A stretch of 59,602 bases of DNA, the filler included, from Jimgerdemannia flammicorona (Eukaryota): assembly GCA_003990765.1 (NCBI GenBank). It is 2 parts of 2 records of this genome, joined end to end, with 100 filler letters (N's around TTAATTAATTAA, not from the genome) between each part and the next. Parts side by side here need not be neighbours in the genome. Positions count along the whole stretch, not along the records: positions 1 to 29,772 come from RBNJ01000472.1; positions 29,873 to 59,602 come from RBNJ01000473.1. One strand, 5' to 3'. A program made the position numbers and the translations under genes. Under the pieces are notes generated by a model, which had not been told where the DNA came from, made no database searches, and saw only the letters and a program-made list of their open reading frames with translations. This document shows positions 24,447 to 37,050 of the stretch, in pieces (position 1 is the first letter of the stretch; each line of letters begins with the position of its first letter).

Positions 24447-27400
24447 CTACAGCAAGAGGTGGCAATGTGTGCAGATCAATGACGGACAAATTAATCCTCC
24501 TGCAAACCACGTCCCATTGTGAGCCATGTTTCGCGGATACTTTCTCCATACTAGTAACGTTCCGATGTACGTACCAACAAGTGGGCGATGAAGGTGAAGA
24601 AACAAGTATATACGAGATCGAAAGAGGATAATAATAACCTTACCCTCGTCTCGAAAATCTAAATAATTTATTGGGCAGATCCTGCTAGTCTACTTACAAA
24701 ACTAATTGGAATAAGCATACTATTTGAGATCATCAGTCTACCTATAAACCGCAATCATAATTCCTGTTGGCGCGAAATGTCTGTGATATTTACAAAAATC
24801 GGAAAATAATAGCCTCGACATCCCTTCACCTCACCTTTGTTTTCCGCACTCCATACCGTCGTTTCTGACTTTTACCGTCCCCAGTCACCGCTTTCACAAA
24901 TGTCGCCAAATTCTCCAGCTCCTCAATCACTTCCTCTGTGCAGCTCATGTATGCATACCACGACAGATTCCCGTACTCAAGCCCAGCCTTCCCCGTCAAA
25001 GGCATCTCTGAAGAGAATTGCCGAATCCGGTTGATCATCCTGATCCGCGCGATTCGTGCGGAAGGAAAATATGGAGGGAGCGGGACTTTTGAGAGGAGCG
25101 ACCCGCCAAGAACGTGGAAGTAGACGAGCATTGCGGCCGTCTGGGTAAGAAATAATTGAAGCGAACGAGGGTGAGCAACAAGCCCCAAGTATGTGACAAG
25201 ATCATTGTCTGGCAGGGTTCGGAATACTCACAACATCTCGCCTGTACATCTGAATCGGCTCCAACCTCAACTCCTCAATCACTTCGGGGCTGATATATGC
25301 CGCGGTACACCGCAAGCTCGTCATTCGGTTCATCAGGTTCTGGGTGCTTTCCACAATCTCCATCCACGACTTCTCCGGAAACGGAGCCTTGAGCCTCGGT
25401 TCGTTGTGAGTCAACGCAAGTAGCTCGTGGCACTTCTGCAACCCCGCACGCAAGCGCTTCTCATGTGCGTCAAGCCGTCGGGTACCGTCGGCCGCGTTGG
25501 ACAGCTCTTCAAAGCCGAGGTAGTTGCCAACAATCTCGGAATAAAGTGCGCCGAGGTCGTAAATAACGCGGGAGAGGTGTTTGCGAAGCTGATGGCGTGC
25601 GACGAAGGGCCAGACACACCTGGAAGCCACAATAGGACATCAAAAGTGAATCTACTATTGCCATTTCACCAAAACACAACTTTCATTTTGAGGGCTATGA
25701 GATATCTACCAGTTGAGTATCAAAGCTGTCAAGACTCCTACCACGATGGCCAGAGTTCGTTTCCTAAAAAAGGTAGTGTGAAGCGACACACGGAACGATA
25801 AGCATTTGGAGTACTTTGCCTCTACACCTTCCACACCAATTTTTCAAAACATGTTCACAGGCTCACCATCCCAGACTCACGACGTTGTCAAGCTGATCGG
25901 GATTTGCGTATATGGTCAGCGTCACCACGACAAAGGTAATCATGCCAATGCTCCCAATTTTAGCATAGCGAGTTGCGATGAAGATGTACCTGAAAAAATA
26001 AATGCAATTGTGTCTTGAAAGAGTCAGAATCACGTGAACAGAACCAAAGTACAATAGACTTAAAAAAAAATGTTCTTGTGCTCACCAAAAAATATAGCCT
26101 GATGTAAAGATTGCCAAAAAAAAAAAAAAATTGTCGACATATCAAATCACATCGTTATGCAACACATTCCACCACGAGACAACATCCCCACTTACCCATT
26201 ACGACTTCGAGACACGTCAACACATACGATTTCGGCCCGATGATTGCGCACGTCGCCATCCCAGCCAACCCTCCAAACACAGTGCCACCAACCCTAAGGA
26301 AGCCCTCCCAGATTGTCCCTCCTACGGCCGGGTTCATAACCAGGAAGACGGACATGGATGCCCATTGCCATCGGACCTCGTTGAACTGCTCCATAGTTGT
26401 GTCGAAGAAAGCCAGCGACGAAATGACCGTGATGGCCAGAGCCATCTTGACCGCGAACTTGGTCTCGTACGAGCCGATACCGTGGGTGTAATACCAGAGG
26501 CAGCGGCGGACGCGTAGAAATTCCAAAGAGGAGGCGGGCCGAGCCTCATAGTTGTCTGACTCTACGCCATCTTGCTCGGATACTCCGAGAGTGGTCGAGT
26601 CGGATGGGAGTATCTCGTCGTCTTCGTCGTCTTCGTCGTCGTCCTGGTCAAAAATGGCTATATAATTATATAACAGTCAAGAGATGCAGTGATCAGTACT
26701 ATATCACCGTAGCATCAACCTCCGGCCTCACCAAGCACACCTCTGATACGAGTGGTAAACCCAACGCTTACCAGGCAGATTGCCTCCGCGATCCTTCTCC
26801 ATAAAATGGTTCGAACTTCTCAGCCACTCGGAGACATCAATCCTCGGTAAATAGATCCTTTTCCTTCTCTTCCCGCCACACTCCGGCTCCGCTGTCTTCA
26901 ACGTCATCACTCCGTCTGCCAGGTTCCTTAACTCGCGCGCGACCTCGCGCAACGAAAACATAAAGTTGAAGACAAGAAACAGTTCCTCGCGGTGCCCAAG
27001 ATCGAAGTACCTAAACGTGGCGTTGTATTGCATTGACTCGAGGTGCTGCTTCTCGTGCGAATCAAACGACTCAATCGCTGCAGTGATCTGTGCCGAATGA
27101 TCCGGCGCCGGCGCCGGCGCGGCCTCACCAACCGGCGGCACCTTCCGAGTCATCAAGGAGAGCAATCTTAACCACTGCTTTCCACGGCTCGCAGGATTAC
27201 TCTTGCTGGCTTCGGCGTCGTTTTCGTTTAGGGAAATATGCGAGACGCCGATGTCAAGCTCCTTGGCAAGCTCCAGTCGCATTGCGTCCAGGGTATTCTC
27301 GCAAGAAATGGTCAGTTCCGCGAGCGGGTCCTTGACACCCTGGAGATACTTGACCAGAAGACGCTTGTCGCCAAAGGCGATCTCCTTTCTAGGTAGTGGG

Positions 27401-28293
27401 CGCCGTCGCGGGCTGTCCAAAGACAGATCGGACCTACGTGGCGACATCTTTGGTCGCGACGGGTGTTCTGCGAGCGAGCCGATAGAAGTGACGGTATCTT
27501 GGTTGAGGTCGAAAAGCGAGCGGCTCAACGGTCTTCCCAGCTTGTCATGATCAGCAGGCGAGTCTCCGTCGCACTCCGACTCGGAATCTTCCTTGTGGGT
27601 GTGAAGATGCAACTCGGAGTGCGTCCGGCTGAGGGGTCTTGGCCACGCACCCTCGGGCCTCGACACGTGGTGCTTCAGGCACGTCGTGCACGTCGAGTGG
27701 TCCTCGATCCCGGCGTCCTGGAGCTTGGTCAGCAACTCCAGGTATCCCTTGCTCATCTGCACGCTTCCGTGCCTGGCCTCGAGCAAGAACTTCTCGTTGC
27801 GTAAGCTCAACGCCAGCGAGCTGAGGTGCTGTGCGAGGCGGCCGATGGTCTTGGTAATGTCCTTGAAATCCGAGGGGCGGACGTATCCGTACGAGATCTC
27901 GTAACGCGCCTCGCGATCGGCAATGAGCACCTTGGCCATGGCCTTGCGCATGTTGGAGCTGGCCTCCTCGACAACGGAGTTGGGCAGATCGAGGCGGTCC
28001 GGATCCAGCAGGAAGGCTGAGGTAGTTAGGTTGAGCAGGTTACGGATCTCGGAGAGGGACTCGTCGACGGCACGGCCAAGCCCCTGCGAGGCAGACTCGC
28101 GCCAGATGAGGATGTTGATGAAAAGGGCGACGATATTTCCGATGGAGAGGGGACAGACCACGTCGAAGACATATTTGCCTGAGAAGGTTGTATTGTCGAC
28201 ATTGGTGGTGAGGGAGAAGACCATGATGAAGGTGGCCATGATGCCGGAGAGATTGAACCTGAACAATTTTTGCAAATGTTATATAAAGGAGAG

Positions 28294-28325
<32 letters not shown>

Positions 28326-29513
28326 GCGATTCAAAAGCGTGATTCAATTAGACACTACGCATAAACTGAATTAGTTACCTTGGATACTTTGCCCACACAT
28401 ACGTAACGAAGAACGATCCCGTCAACAGAAAGACCACCAGAATGACCCTCCCAGCATGATCGCCATATTGTAAATACTTTGCATTATACGCCACGCTCGC
28501 CCCCACCCCCGCCAACGATATGGTCATCCCGACCAGGATGCCAAACAGGCCCACGAACGCAGCCTCGACCTGCGCTCCGACAGTCCTAGCTGGGTGATTA
28601 TATACAAGCGACACGGCGCTCATGGCGGCGTATGGCCCAACCCACTGCTGCACGGGCGGGATGAGAGTGAACAAGGATGCGATAAGTGTGGCGAAGACAG
28701 CCTTGTGGATGCGGTGTTGGACGCGGGGGTGGAGAGTGGGTTTGAAATAGTCCAAGATCTGCCTGAGAATGGGTGCGAACTGGAGAATGCGGCGGGTTGG
28801 AGACGGGGACGAGGACGGGGACTGAGGCGGGGACGGGGAGGGCTCCCAAGGGGGAATGCCTTCGTCGATGGCGATCTGGACGTCCTCATTAAGAGTAGGT
28901 GAGGTGCTGGTGCGGGGTTCGTCGGAGAAGGTCACGTGGTGTGGAAGGTTATTCGTTTTGTCGTTGCCGCCGGGGGTCTCGAAGACGGTCATGTCGAAGA
29001 AGCTGGAGGGAATAATGGAGACAAATAATGCGTATAAAATTGATTCCGCGAGGCCGTAGGAAAACGATTGATTAGAGGGAGAGTCTTTTTGCGCCAAGAT
29101 GTAAAGACTATCCAACTAAACGATCTTGGAAAACCGCCATGATGGGTTCATCAAATGCTAGAAGAAAATGAGTTCTCCTACCCTTCTCGATTTTCCTCCA
29201 TATCAAAGTGATCCTCCAACGCCTTTGCATGATGTGCCAACGGACTGCCGGGGAGAGTAGAACTTCTCGCAGCTTGTTGGGTTACGTGATCTAACCATCC
29301 CTTTCCCACAGTGTGGGTGGGTGTGGACGGTCCTGGAGATGGGAGGGGAGTAGAATGGGGGGTAGCGTGATAGCTGCCGTAGTAGAGGTTGGGCCGAAAA
29401 CACAATTTCCCCGGGCGGTGTGTGCCCTTGTTGAGCTCGTCCTGAAACGACCATCTCGCTGGCTCGCTGGCGCCGGCATTGTCTGCATCACCGTGGCCGG
29501 CCTCTTCGCTCAT
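24447..29513 (-). CDS. FUSC/aromatic acid exporter (ArAE_2, Bre4-like) multi-pass membrane protein, multi-exon
   Basis: KAVFATLIASLFTLIP, HPARTVGAQVEA, EARYEISYG, REELFLVFNFMFSLREVAREL, KFAVKMA, EGFLRVGGTVFGG, VWPFVARHQLRK, EPRLKAPFP, LPPYFPSARIAR. The last exons are uncertain (an alternative in-frame stop lies at 24826). Confidence 0.85.
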
Positions 29514-29772
29514 GGTAAAAAAAAACGTCGGGGAAGGGCAGGGGATACTGAGGAAGGAACATACTTTAAAAGAAAAAAACGTTGTCCGATCGACGTCGGA
29601 AGGGTGGCTTGAATGGGGCCACGTGATGTGACAAGTGCGGATTTTCTTTATGCGGACAGCCGCCCCAAATGACACATACCCACACGCGCTAATGCCTCAA
29701 TGCCTCAACTTTCCATCTCATCCAAATTGGTTGGTGCTATTGCTAAAGTACATCCCCAGATCGCCACAAAAA

Positions 29773-29872
29773 NNNNNNNNNNNNNNNNNNNNNNNNNNNN
29801 NNNNNNNNNNNNNNNNTTAATTAATTAANNNNNNNNNNNNNNNNNNNNNNNNNNNNNNNNNNNNNNNNNNNN
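29773..29872. other. Artificial assembly spacer: N44-TTAATTAATTAA-N44
   Basis: Total length 100 nt, with a central six-frame stop linker. Confidence 0.95.
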
Positions 29873-32074
29873 CATTGGCTGGTGATTCAAGACGAATCCC
29901 TCACTTTCAAGCTGAAAAACGAACAACCCCCACAACAACTACCCTGACTACAAGAGTCACCCCTGCAAGAATTCAAGACAAGATGGAAATGCATCCCCCC
30001 ACATTCTATGGATATACTACTAAAGAGTCAATCCTGACCTTCATTGAAGACTTTGAACAATTCACCACTGTACGAGACCTTGGTGTGGATGCTCAATTGG
30101 CCCTTCTACCAGTCAGCCTCAGAGGACCTGCCAGAGACAAGTTCAATGCAGCCACCATTGCTGATGCTGGTGCAGTCAAACTTGCCAACATGAAGGCCTT
30201 CCTCAGAACAACATATTATACTGAAGAGATCAAGCAAGCTCTCAAGGATCAACTCAATACTATCTGCCAGGGACTTAGTGAAGATCTCAACTCATTCTAT
30301 ACCTGAATCTGCCACCAGATTGTCTTGGCTGGCTATGATAACTGCCTCAAGGAACAAATAGTGGATTCAACCTTCCTCAAAGAAGTTCACCCTGAAATTG
30401 CCCTAGCAATCCAGTCTACCCCAGCTGTACTGACCCTTGATCAGAAAGTTGTCTTTGCACAGAGATATTAAACTGCCAGACACTCTGCCAAACACTCAAT
30501 GGAGAAAATAACTAGCATCAAGACGGAGCCATCAAAGCCAACTAGTATCTTACCTGCCACAGTTGTAAACAGATAACCAACCCCACCTACCCCCAAGACA
30601 GCCAAAGCTGACCCAGTGGAAGAACTTGCCAAGCAGTTTACCGAGATGACTGCATACCTTGGTGATATTGTTAGAGAAGTCCGAAGCACTAACAGGAGAT
30701 CAGTGCAGAGATTTGCAGCTGCTATAGAAGAATACAATATCACATGCTTCAGATGTAGAGAAGAAGGCCACTATGCAAAGAGTTGCATAACCGAAATGAG
30801 ATACAAAGCCCAACCAAGCAATGCTAGCAGAACCAGAGAACAAACCAATGCAGTAGTCATCAAGGAGATTGGTGACACTGATGATGAAGAATACTATGAG
30901 GAGCTCGAATTCTACCCTGCTACTGAAGGTACCAGAACCCAGTCCAAGCCCTATGACAAGAAGAGCAACAGCAAGCCAGTTGGAAGACCAAAGAAGACTC
31001 CAGCTGTCACTATTCAAAGCAAGACCCAACTTGAGAAGATTGATCAAGACATAGAGTTAGATGAAGCCACCTGCCAAATTATCGAAGGCACTACTCCAGT
31101 CTCAGGAGAAAGCGAGAGCAAGAAGGAACAGAAGCTGCACAAGACCAAGATCCACCAGTATGATATCTATAAGGACCTCAAGGAACAGAAGGTCAATGCC
31201 ACTTTTGGACAGCTAGCTGAAGTCCCTGCCTTCAGACAGCAGTTGAGAGTAGGACTTGCAACTACTGTCAAGAATCAAGAGTACAAGATTGTAGAAGCTC
31301 ACAATACACAAGAAGAATCTGAGAACTCAGGTGAAGAATCCGAAGACCAGCACAAGACATCAGCCTATACCCCCTACCAGATTGAAGACTGTATCTTTGA
31401 TGCCATCATTGATACTGGTGCTGGAGAATACCTCATGAGTAAGAAGGCAATTGACCACCTAGGTTGGAACATTGAAGAATTCACCAAGATGGTCTATGTC
31501 ACAGCAGATGGTACACGAGCTACCCCCCTTGGCAAAATCTGAGAAGTCCCCATCAAGATAGGAGGAGCTACCATCTCAGTAGATGTGATTGTTACAAGTG
31601 CCACCAACTATAATATCCTCATTGGCAACCAATGGCTTCACAAGGCCAAGGCCATCATTGACCTCAATGCCCAGAAGATGTAGATCAACTACAGAGGAAG
31701 AAAGATACAAGTTTCTATCAATGTCCACAAAGGAGTCCTGCCAGACATGGAGGAAGGAGATAAAGAAGACACAGAGGTCTTTATGTACTTAGTGAATAAG
31801 AACAAGAACAAGACACCCAAGCTCACAGATGAGCAGTGGTATAACAAGATCATTGATGAGTATGCCCCTCAAGGAAGATGCCCCCATGGTACTAGAATGT
31901 ACTGCTCTGAACATCTGAATGACTGCTGGTCCTGTATCAGTGAAGTCAGGAAAATCCACCAATAGAAATATGAGCAAGAAGCTGCTGAAGCAAAAAGGAA
32001 AGCCAAAGAAGATGACCAGCCCCCAGAGCTTCAAGCTGATAGTGATGATGAGGAGGAACAAGAATCAGACATCA

Positions 32075-32492
32075 CCCTCAAGGTCAAGAAGTTTCACCCT
32101 GAAGTCAAGATCTCAGAATATAAGACTGAAGGAGCCATAGGAATGGACCTTACCAGCATCTAAGATGCTACTCTTAAACCACAGACCACCACCCTACTTG
32201 GCACTGGAATTGGAGTCAAGTTGCCAGAAAACCATGCCGGAATTATCAAGACCAGAAGCAGTCTGGCCAAAAGCGAAATCTCAGTTGAAGGAGGAGTAAT
32301 TGACCCTGATTACACTGGTGAGATTTTTCTTATAGTCAGAAATTACAACCACACCACCCCCTTCAAAGTCAAGAAGCATGACAGGATTGGCCAGATGCTG
32401 ATCTATAAAATCAAGAAGCCCAAGATCATAGAAGCCACTGAACTTATCAAGACCAAGAGAGGAGATCAAGGCTTTGGATCTACTGGAAGAGG
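32075..32492 (+). pseudogene. Retroelement-encoded dUTPase between protease and RT
   Basis: GAIGMDL, TGIGVKLP, RSSLA, GGVIDPDYTGEI, DRIGQM, RGDQGFGSTG (trimeric dUTPase motifs 1-5); one CAA>TAA stop. Confidence 0.93.
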
Positions 32493-35400
32493 AGCCTATG
32501 CCATCACCAAGATTACTGAACTTGAGCACAAGAAAGATGAGGACCAGAACAAGCACACATATACTATTGGAGAAAACTTTCCTCTGGAGGAACAACTTCT
32601 CAAGATCCTGTACCAGAACGAAGGAGTACTTGCTACAGACTTTAGGGATATCCACAATCAAGAACCCAAGTACTATCACGAAGTTGACACTGGTGATACC
32701 AAGCCTATCTATCAGAAAGTCAGACCGATACCACCTGCCTACAGAGAGTGGCTGTGAGCTGAACTCAAGGAAATGGAAGAAGCCAGAATTATCAAGCAAG
32801 CTATCAGCCCCTGGGCCTCACCCATTGTTCTCACCCTAAAGAAAGGAAGTAAGCCTGGAGAGTTTGCACCAAGACTCTATATTGATTACAGGAAACTCAA
32901 TGCCATCACCAAGAAGAATAGGCAGCCCTTGCCAAATATTCAAGAAATTCTTACCACCCTTAGAAGTGAAGCCAAATACTACACCACCTTGGATCTGTTC
33001 TCAGGCTTCCATCAGATCAGTCTCACTCAAGATGCCAGTGAGAAATCAGCCTTCATTATACCTGATGCCACCTATATCTATCTATGAATGCCATTTGGAA
33101 TGTACAATGCCCCAGCAAGTTTCTAGTGAATGATGAACAGAGTCTTCAGCAATGAGATTGGAAAATAGCTCTTTGTCTATGTTGATGATGTGATCATCTT
33201 CAGCAACACTGTACGGGAACATATCAATCACATACAGCTAGCCCTCAAGAGGCTCAAGAAGCATGGCCTCTATATCAAGCCTAAGAAATGCAAGTTTGTA
33301 GCTCAAGAAATCGCCTACCTAGGACACCTCATCAACCAGACTGGAATCCACACAGACCCCATGAAGATCGAGGCTGTTGCAGCCTACCCAAGACCCAGAA
33401 CAACTACAGAAGTTCACGTCTTCCTTGAACTGGTCAGCTACTACAGAAGATTCATCAAAGGATACTCCAACATTGCAGCACCTATCTATGAGCTACTGAA
33501 GAAGGAGACCAAATTTGAATGGACCAAGGAGTACTAAGAAATCTTCAATAAACTCAAGACCAGGTTGACCCAAGCACTCATCCTCAGAAGACCAGACTGG
33601 AACCTAGAATTCATCCTGCAGACAGATGCGAGTGCTATAGAACTTGGAGCAGTCCTAGCTCAGAAGAAAGATGGATATGAATATATCATCTCCTATGCAA
33701 GCTGAGGTACCCATGGAGTAGAACAGAACTATGAGTCATGCAAGCTTGAATGCTTAGTGGTAGTTTGGGGAGTAGACAAGTTCCACTACTATCTAGCCGG
33801 AAAACACTTTACCATTCAAATGGACCATTCTGCTCTTGCCTGGCTATTCCACACTCTGAACCCCAAAGGAATATATACCAGATGGATCTATAGGCTGCAA
33901 GAGTATGACTGTACTGTTAAGCACCACTCAGGAAAGACCAACACTAATATCGATGCACTCTTAAGGACACCCCAAAACACCCCCATCAAGACTACTCAAC
34001 ATGAATAAGGAGCTATACTATGGATTAATCAGCTACCTTGGGCAGCGGAAGATGTCCAACCACCTCGAACCCTGGACAATTACCATCATCAACTAGACTT
34101 GGAAATAGTTTGAATTAGACAACACTACACTCAGAAAAGGAGGAAAGCTAGTAATACCTGAACACAAGAAGTATCAAGTAATGAAGGAAGTATATGAGCA
34201 AGGATACTTAGGAGGAATCAACATATATGACAAGGCAAAAAGAACCATGTAGTGGTCCAAGATGGAAGGAGACCTGTGCCAATTTGTCAAAGAGTGTGAC
34301 AAGTGCCAAAAACAGAAACAAGATCAGCAAGACCAGGCACCTGGATCATCAAGAATTGAGCCTATCCCCTTCCACCACATCACAATGGATATCATTGGAC
34401 TACTACCAGTAACACTATTAGGAAACCGCTATATTATAGTTATTGTAGACCTCTTCACCAAATGGATAGAGGCAGGAGCATTACAAGAAGCCAATGCCCT
34501 CTCTATAGCCGACTTCTTACACCGAGAAATCATCTGCCACTATAAGATACCAAAGAAAATTACAACAGACCGTGGTACAGAATTTGTCAATAGATTCCAT
34601 GAGATAATATATCAGAAATACAAGATCTAGTACATCAAGACCACCGTGTACCACCCTCAAGGAAATGGACAGACAGAGAGAACCAACAAGACCCTCAAGA
34701 ACATCCTAGCAAAGATCTCAGAGACATATGAGAATTGGGATAACTATCTCCCAACTGCCCTCTCTATCCTACGAGATATACGGTCACAGAGCACACATTT
34801 TACCCCAAGAGAGCTGCTCTTCAGAGAAGAAGATTCTGATGGAACCTCAGCCATAAATCTAGACCTAACTTGGAGATAGGTTGATGCAGAAATCCAGAGA
34901 CTACACCAAATCAGGAAGAAGGCTGAAGATTATATCACCAAGTCACAAGTACTGACAAGGAAGAATGCAGAAAAGAATCACAAGGCTCTAAAACCCATCC
35001 GAATCAGAGAAAAGGTTCTACTGTATTGAAATATGGTAGAAGCCTCATAGTCGCGAAAACTGGAGCCTAAATGGGAAGGACCCTTCTACATGTAAGATAT
35101 CAAGGGAACTACCTTCTGGTTTAGAAAAATCTCAGGGACCATACTGTCTACCATGGTACATAGGAACAGGCTCAAGAAGTACCATGAACCTATACAAGAG
35201 AAGCAAAACATGATGACTGCCCATGAGGTTCTAGTCCACGAATCATAACAGCATGTCCCATGACCAGCAGGCTATCTGTCTGGACCATTCTCTAAGGGAT
35301 ATAGTACTGGCAACTACTCATCCATGAGACTTTTGCAGTCAGAGGAGTTCAAACCATCAACTGATTGGTCAAGATCAGAATCAGGCCCTTGCTCTATATG

Positions 35401-35803
35401 AAGGGAGCAACCCTTCACCATCACACCAAAATACAAAGAGAAGATGCCAGCCCATAAATACCAGTTTTCGACCCCTTGCCAGAGGTTATGAGATCAGCAA
35501 ATTTTTCAAGACTGGACTAATGAATAAGAATGCTCAGGAAGATCCTTATTCAGGAGGAAGATGTAATGGTAACTCCAGAATGATGATATTAGCACAGAAG
35601 ACAGCCTTTCCTTGCAAGCTACCAGATCGGAGCACAAGAAGATCATATGGTATATGAGATGAGCAATGATGACCAACCATGAGTCATTGTGACCACAGTA
35701 CAAGCATCTTGAAGAATATAAAAGAAGGATCAAGGAACCATAGTAGCAGCAACCAATAAGAACCACCAACCCCAAAATAGCTCAAAGACTTACCACAAAT
35801 GAA

Positions 35804-36640
35804 ATGCCTGCTGCCTACCAAACCTCAAGGTCAAGGAATCACTAAGGTATCTCGGTCAAGGAAAGGATGTTCCAAGACATCAGAAGAGCCATGAGGACCT
35901 GCTTGAGAAGGACTCCTAGTGTCAACTTGGATACTGCAGACCCTTATCACTTCATTCTCTACTACCATGAAATGGAAACAAGGATTACCATTGCTACCAA
36001 ATGCCTCCAAATGTAGCAGGAGTATGAAATAGGAAACCTCCTCTACCAGGAGTTCCCACAAGCCAGCACCCAAGAGCTACAAGATGCCACTTCCATAGAT
36101 ATACGTGAAACAAGGACAGCTAAGAAGATCTATCAGATCTTCAGGCATGCACCATGGTCGATCCCCAACTTGGAGTATGTCAGAGTCTCAGACTTCAGAG
36201 ACCTATCATCCTGCTGTATCAATGCACTAGAAGCCAGGGTGGCTACAGAAGCCTGGTCCACTATCACCCTCAACAGTGAAGAAGTAGAAGACTTCTGGCA
36301 CCCTATCCTTCAGGACAACCCAGACCAATTCCTCCAAAGATTGATCTCAGTATTCCAAGACCCAAGTATCCAGGTCAGACCTCCCCAAGACCCCACATTT
36401 GTTCTCTACTTTGTGGAAGAGAACCCTATAGACTAGAGAGCTCCAGGTCTTATTCCCGATTTTCCTGCCACAGCCGAACATAATGATGTCATTGGTGATG
36501 ACATCATCCCATGCGACATACCCAAAGCATGCAAAGAATGTGAAATGCACGACCTGCATGATGAATTCGTGGATCTCATCTCCTTCAGTAATGATGATGA
36601 TGAGGATGAAGCTCCTATAGTCCTAAACTTTCTGCTCTGA
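35804..36640 (+). pseudogene. Accessory ORF (~278 codons) between integrase and the 3' LTR of element 2
   Basis: One continuous frame with only three TAA/TAG stops, each explicable by C>T; contains EYEIGNLL...TAKKIYQIF...IPNLEYVRVSDFRDLS and an acidic tail. Confidence 0.7.
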
Positions 36641-37050
36641 GTTCTGTGTTACACTGGATAATACCAGCACCAGTATTCTCATATAACACTGGATAATGCC
36701 AGCACTGGCATTTTGATGTGATACCAAATAATGCCAGTCCTGGAACTTAGTAGTTTTAGTTATTGGAATTTATATTTAGCTTTATATCTTTGCAACTATT
36801 GAATTATATTTTGTATAAATATCCCTCTTATTTCCTCTGAAATAAAGTAAGTTCTGGTTTCACTTATACACACTTCCTTGCAAGCAATCTAAGAGATAAC
36901 AAGACAGTTAAAGATAAGAAGTTTGAGGACTATAAGACCTTGGGAAGGCACTCTAATAAGAACTTGCTTATAACAACTTGAGTTAGTCTAAGAGATATAC
37001 CTTGAAGAGAATCTGGCATATTTGAAGGACTCAGCGACCACTATGTGACA

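Larger units (their letters stand above)
29873..37050 (+). mobile_element. Ty3/Gypsy LTR retrotransposon (element 2), moderately mutated; 5' LTR lost at the gap
   Basis: gag with CFRCREEGHYAKSC knuckle; protease AIIDTGAG; dUTPase; RT (SPWASPIVL, DYRKLN, LDLFSGFHQI, YVDD); RNase H (LQTDAS, DHSAL); integrase (CDKCQ, ITTDRGTEF, YHPQGNGQTER, WEGPF); putative 3' LTR 36647-37050 (TGTTAC...GTGACA). Confidence 0.95.

Noticed and set aside
29817..29828. Palindrome TTAATTAATTAA as a biological site
   Set aside because: Centred in N runs; an assembly linker.
35804..36640. env gene
   Set aside because: No signal peptide or transmembrane segment visible.
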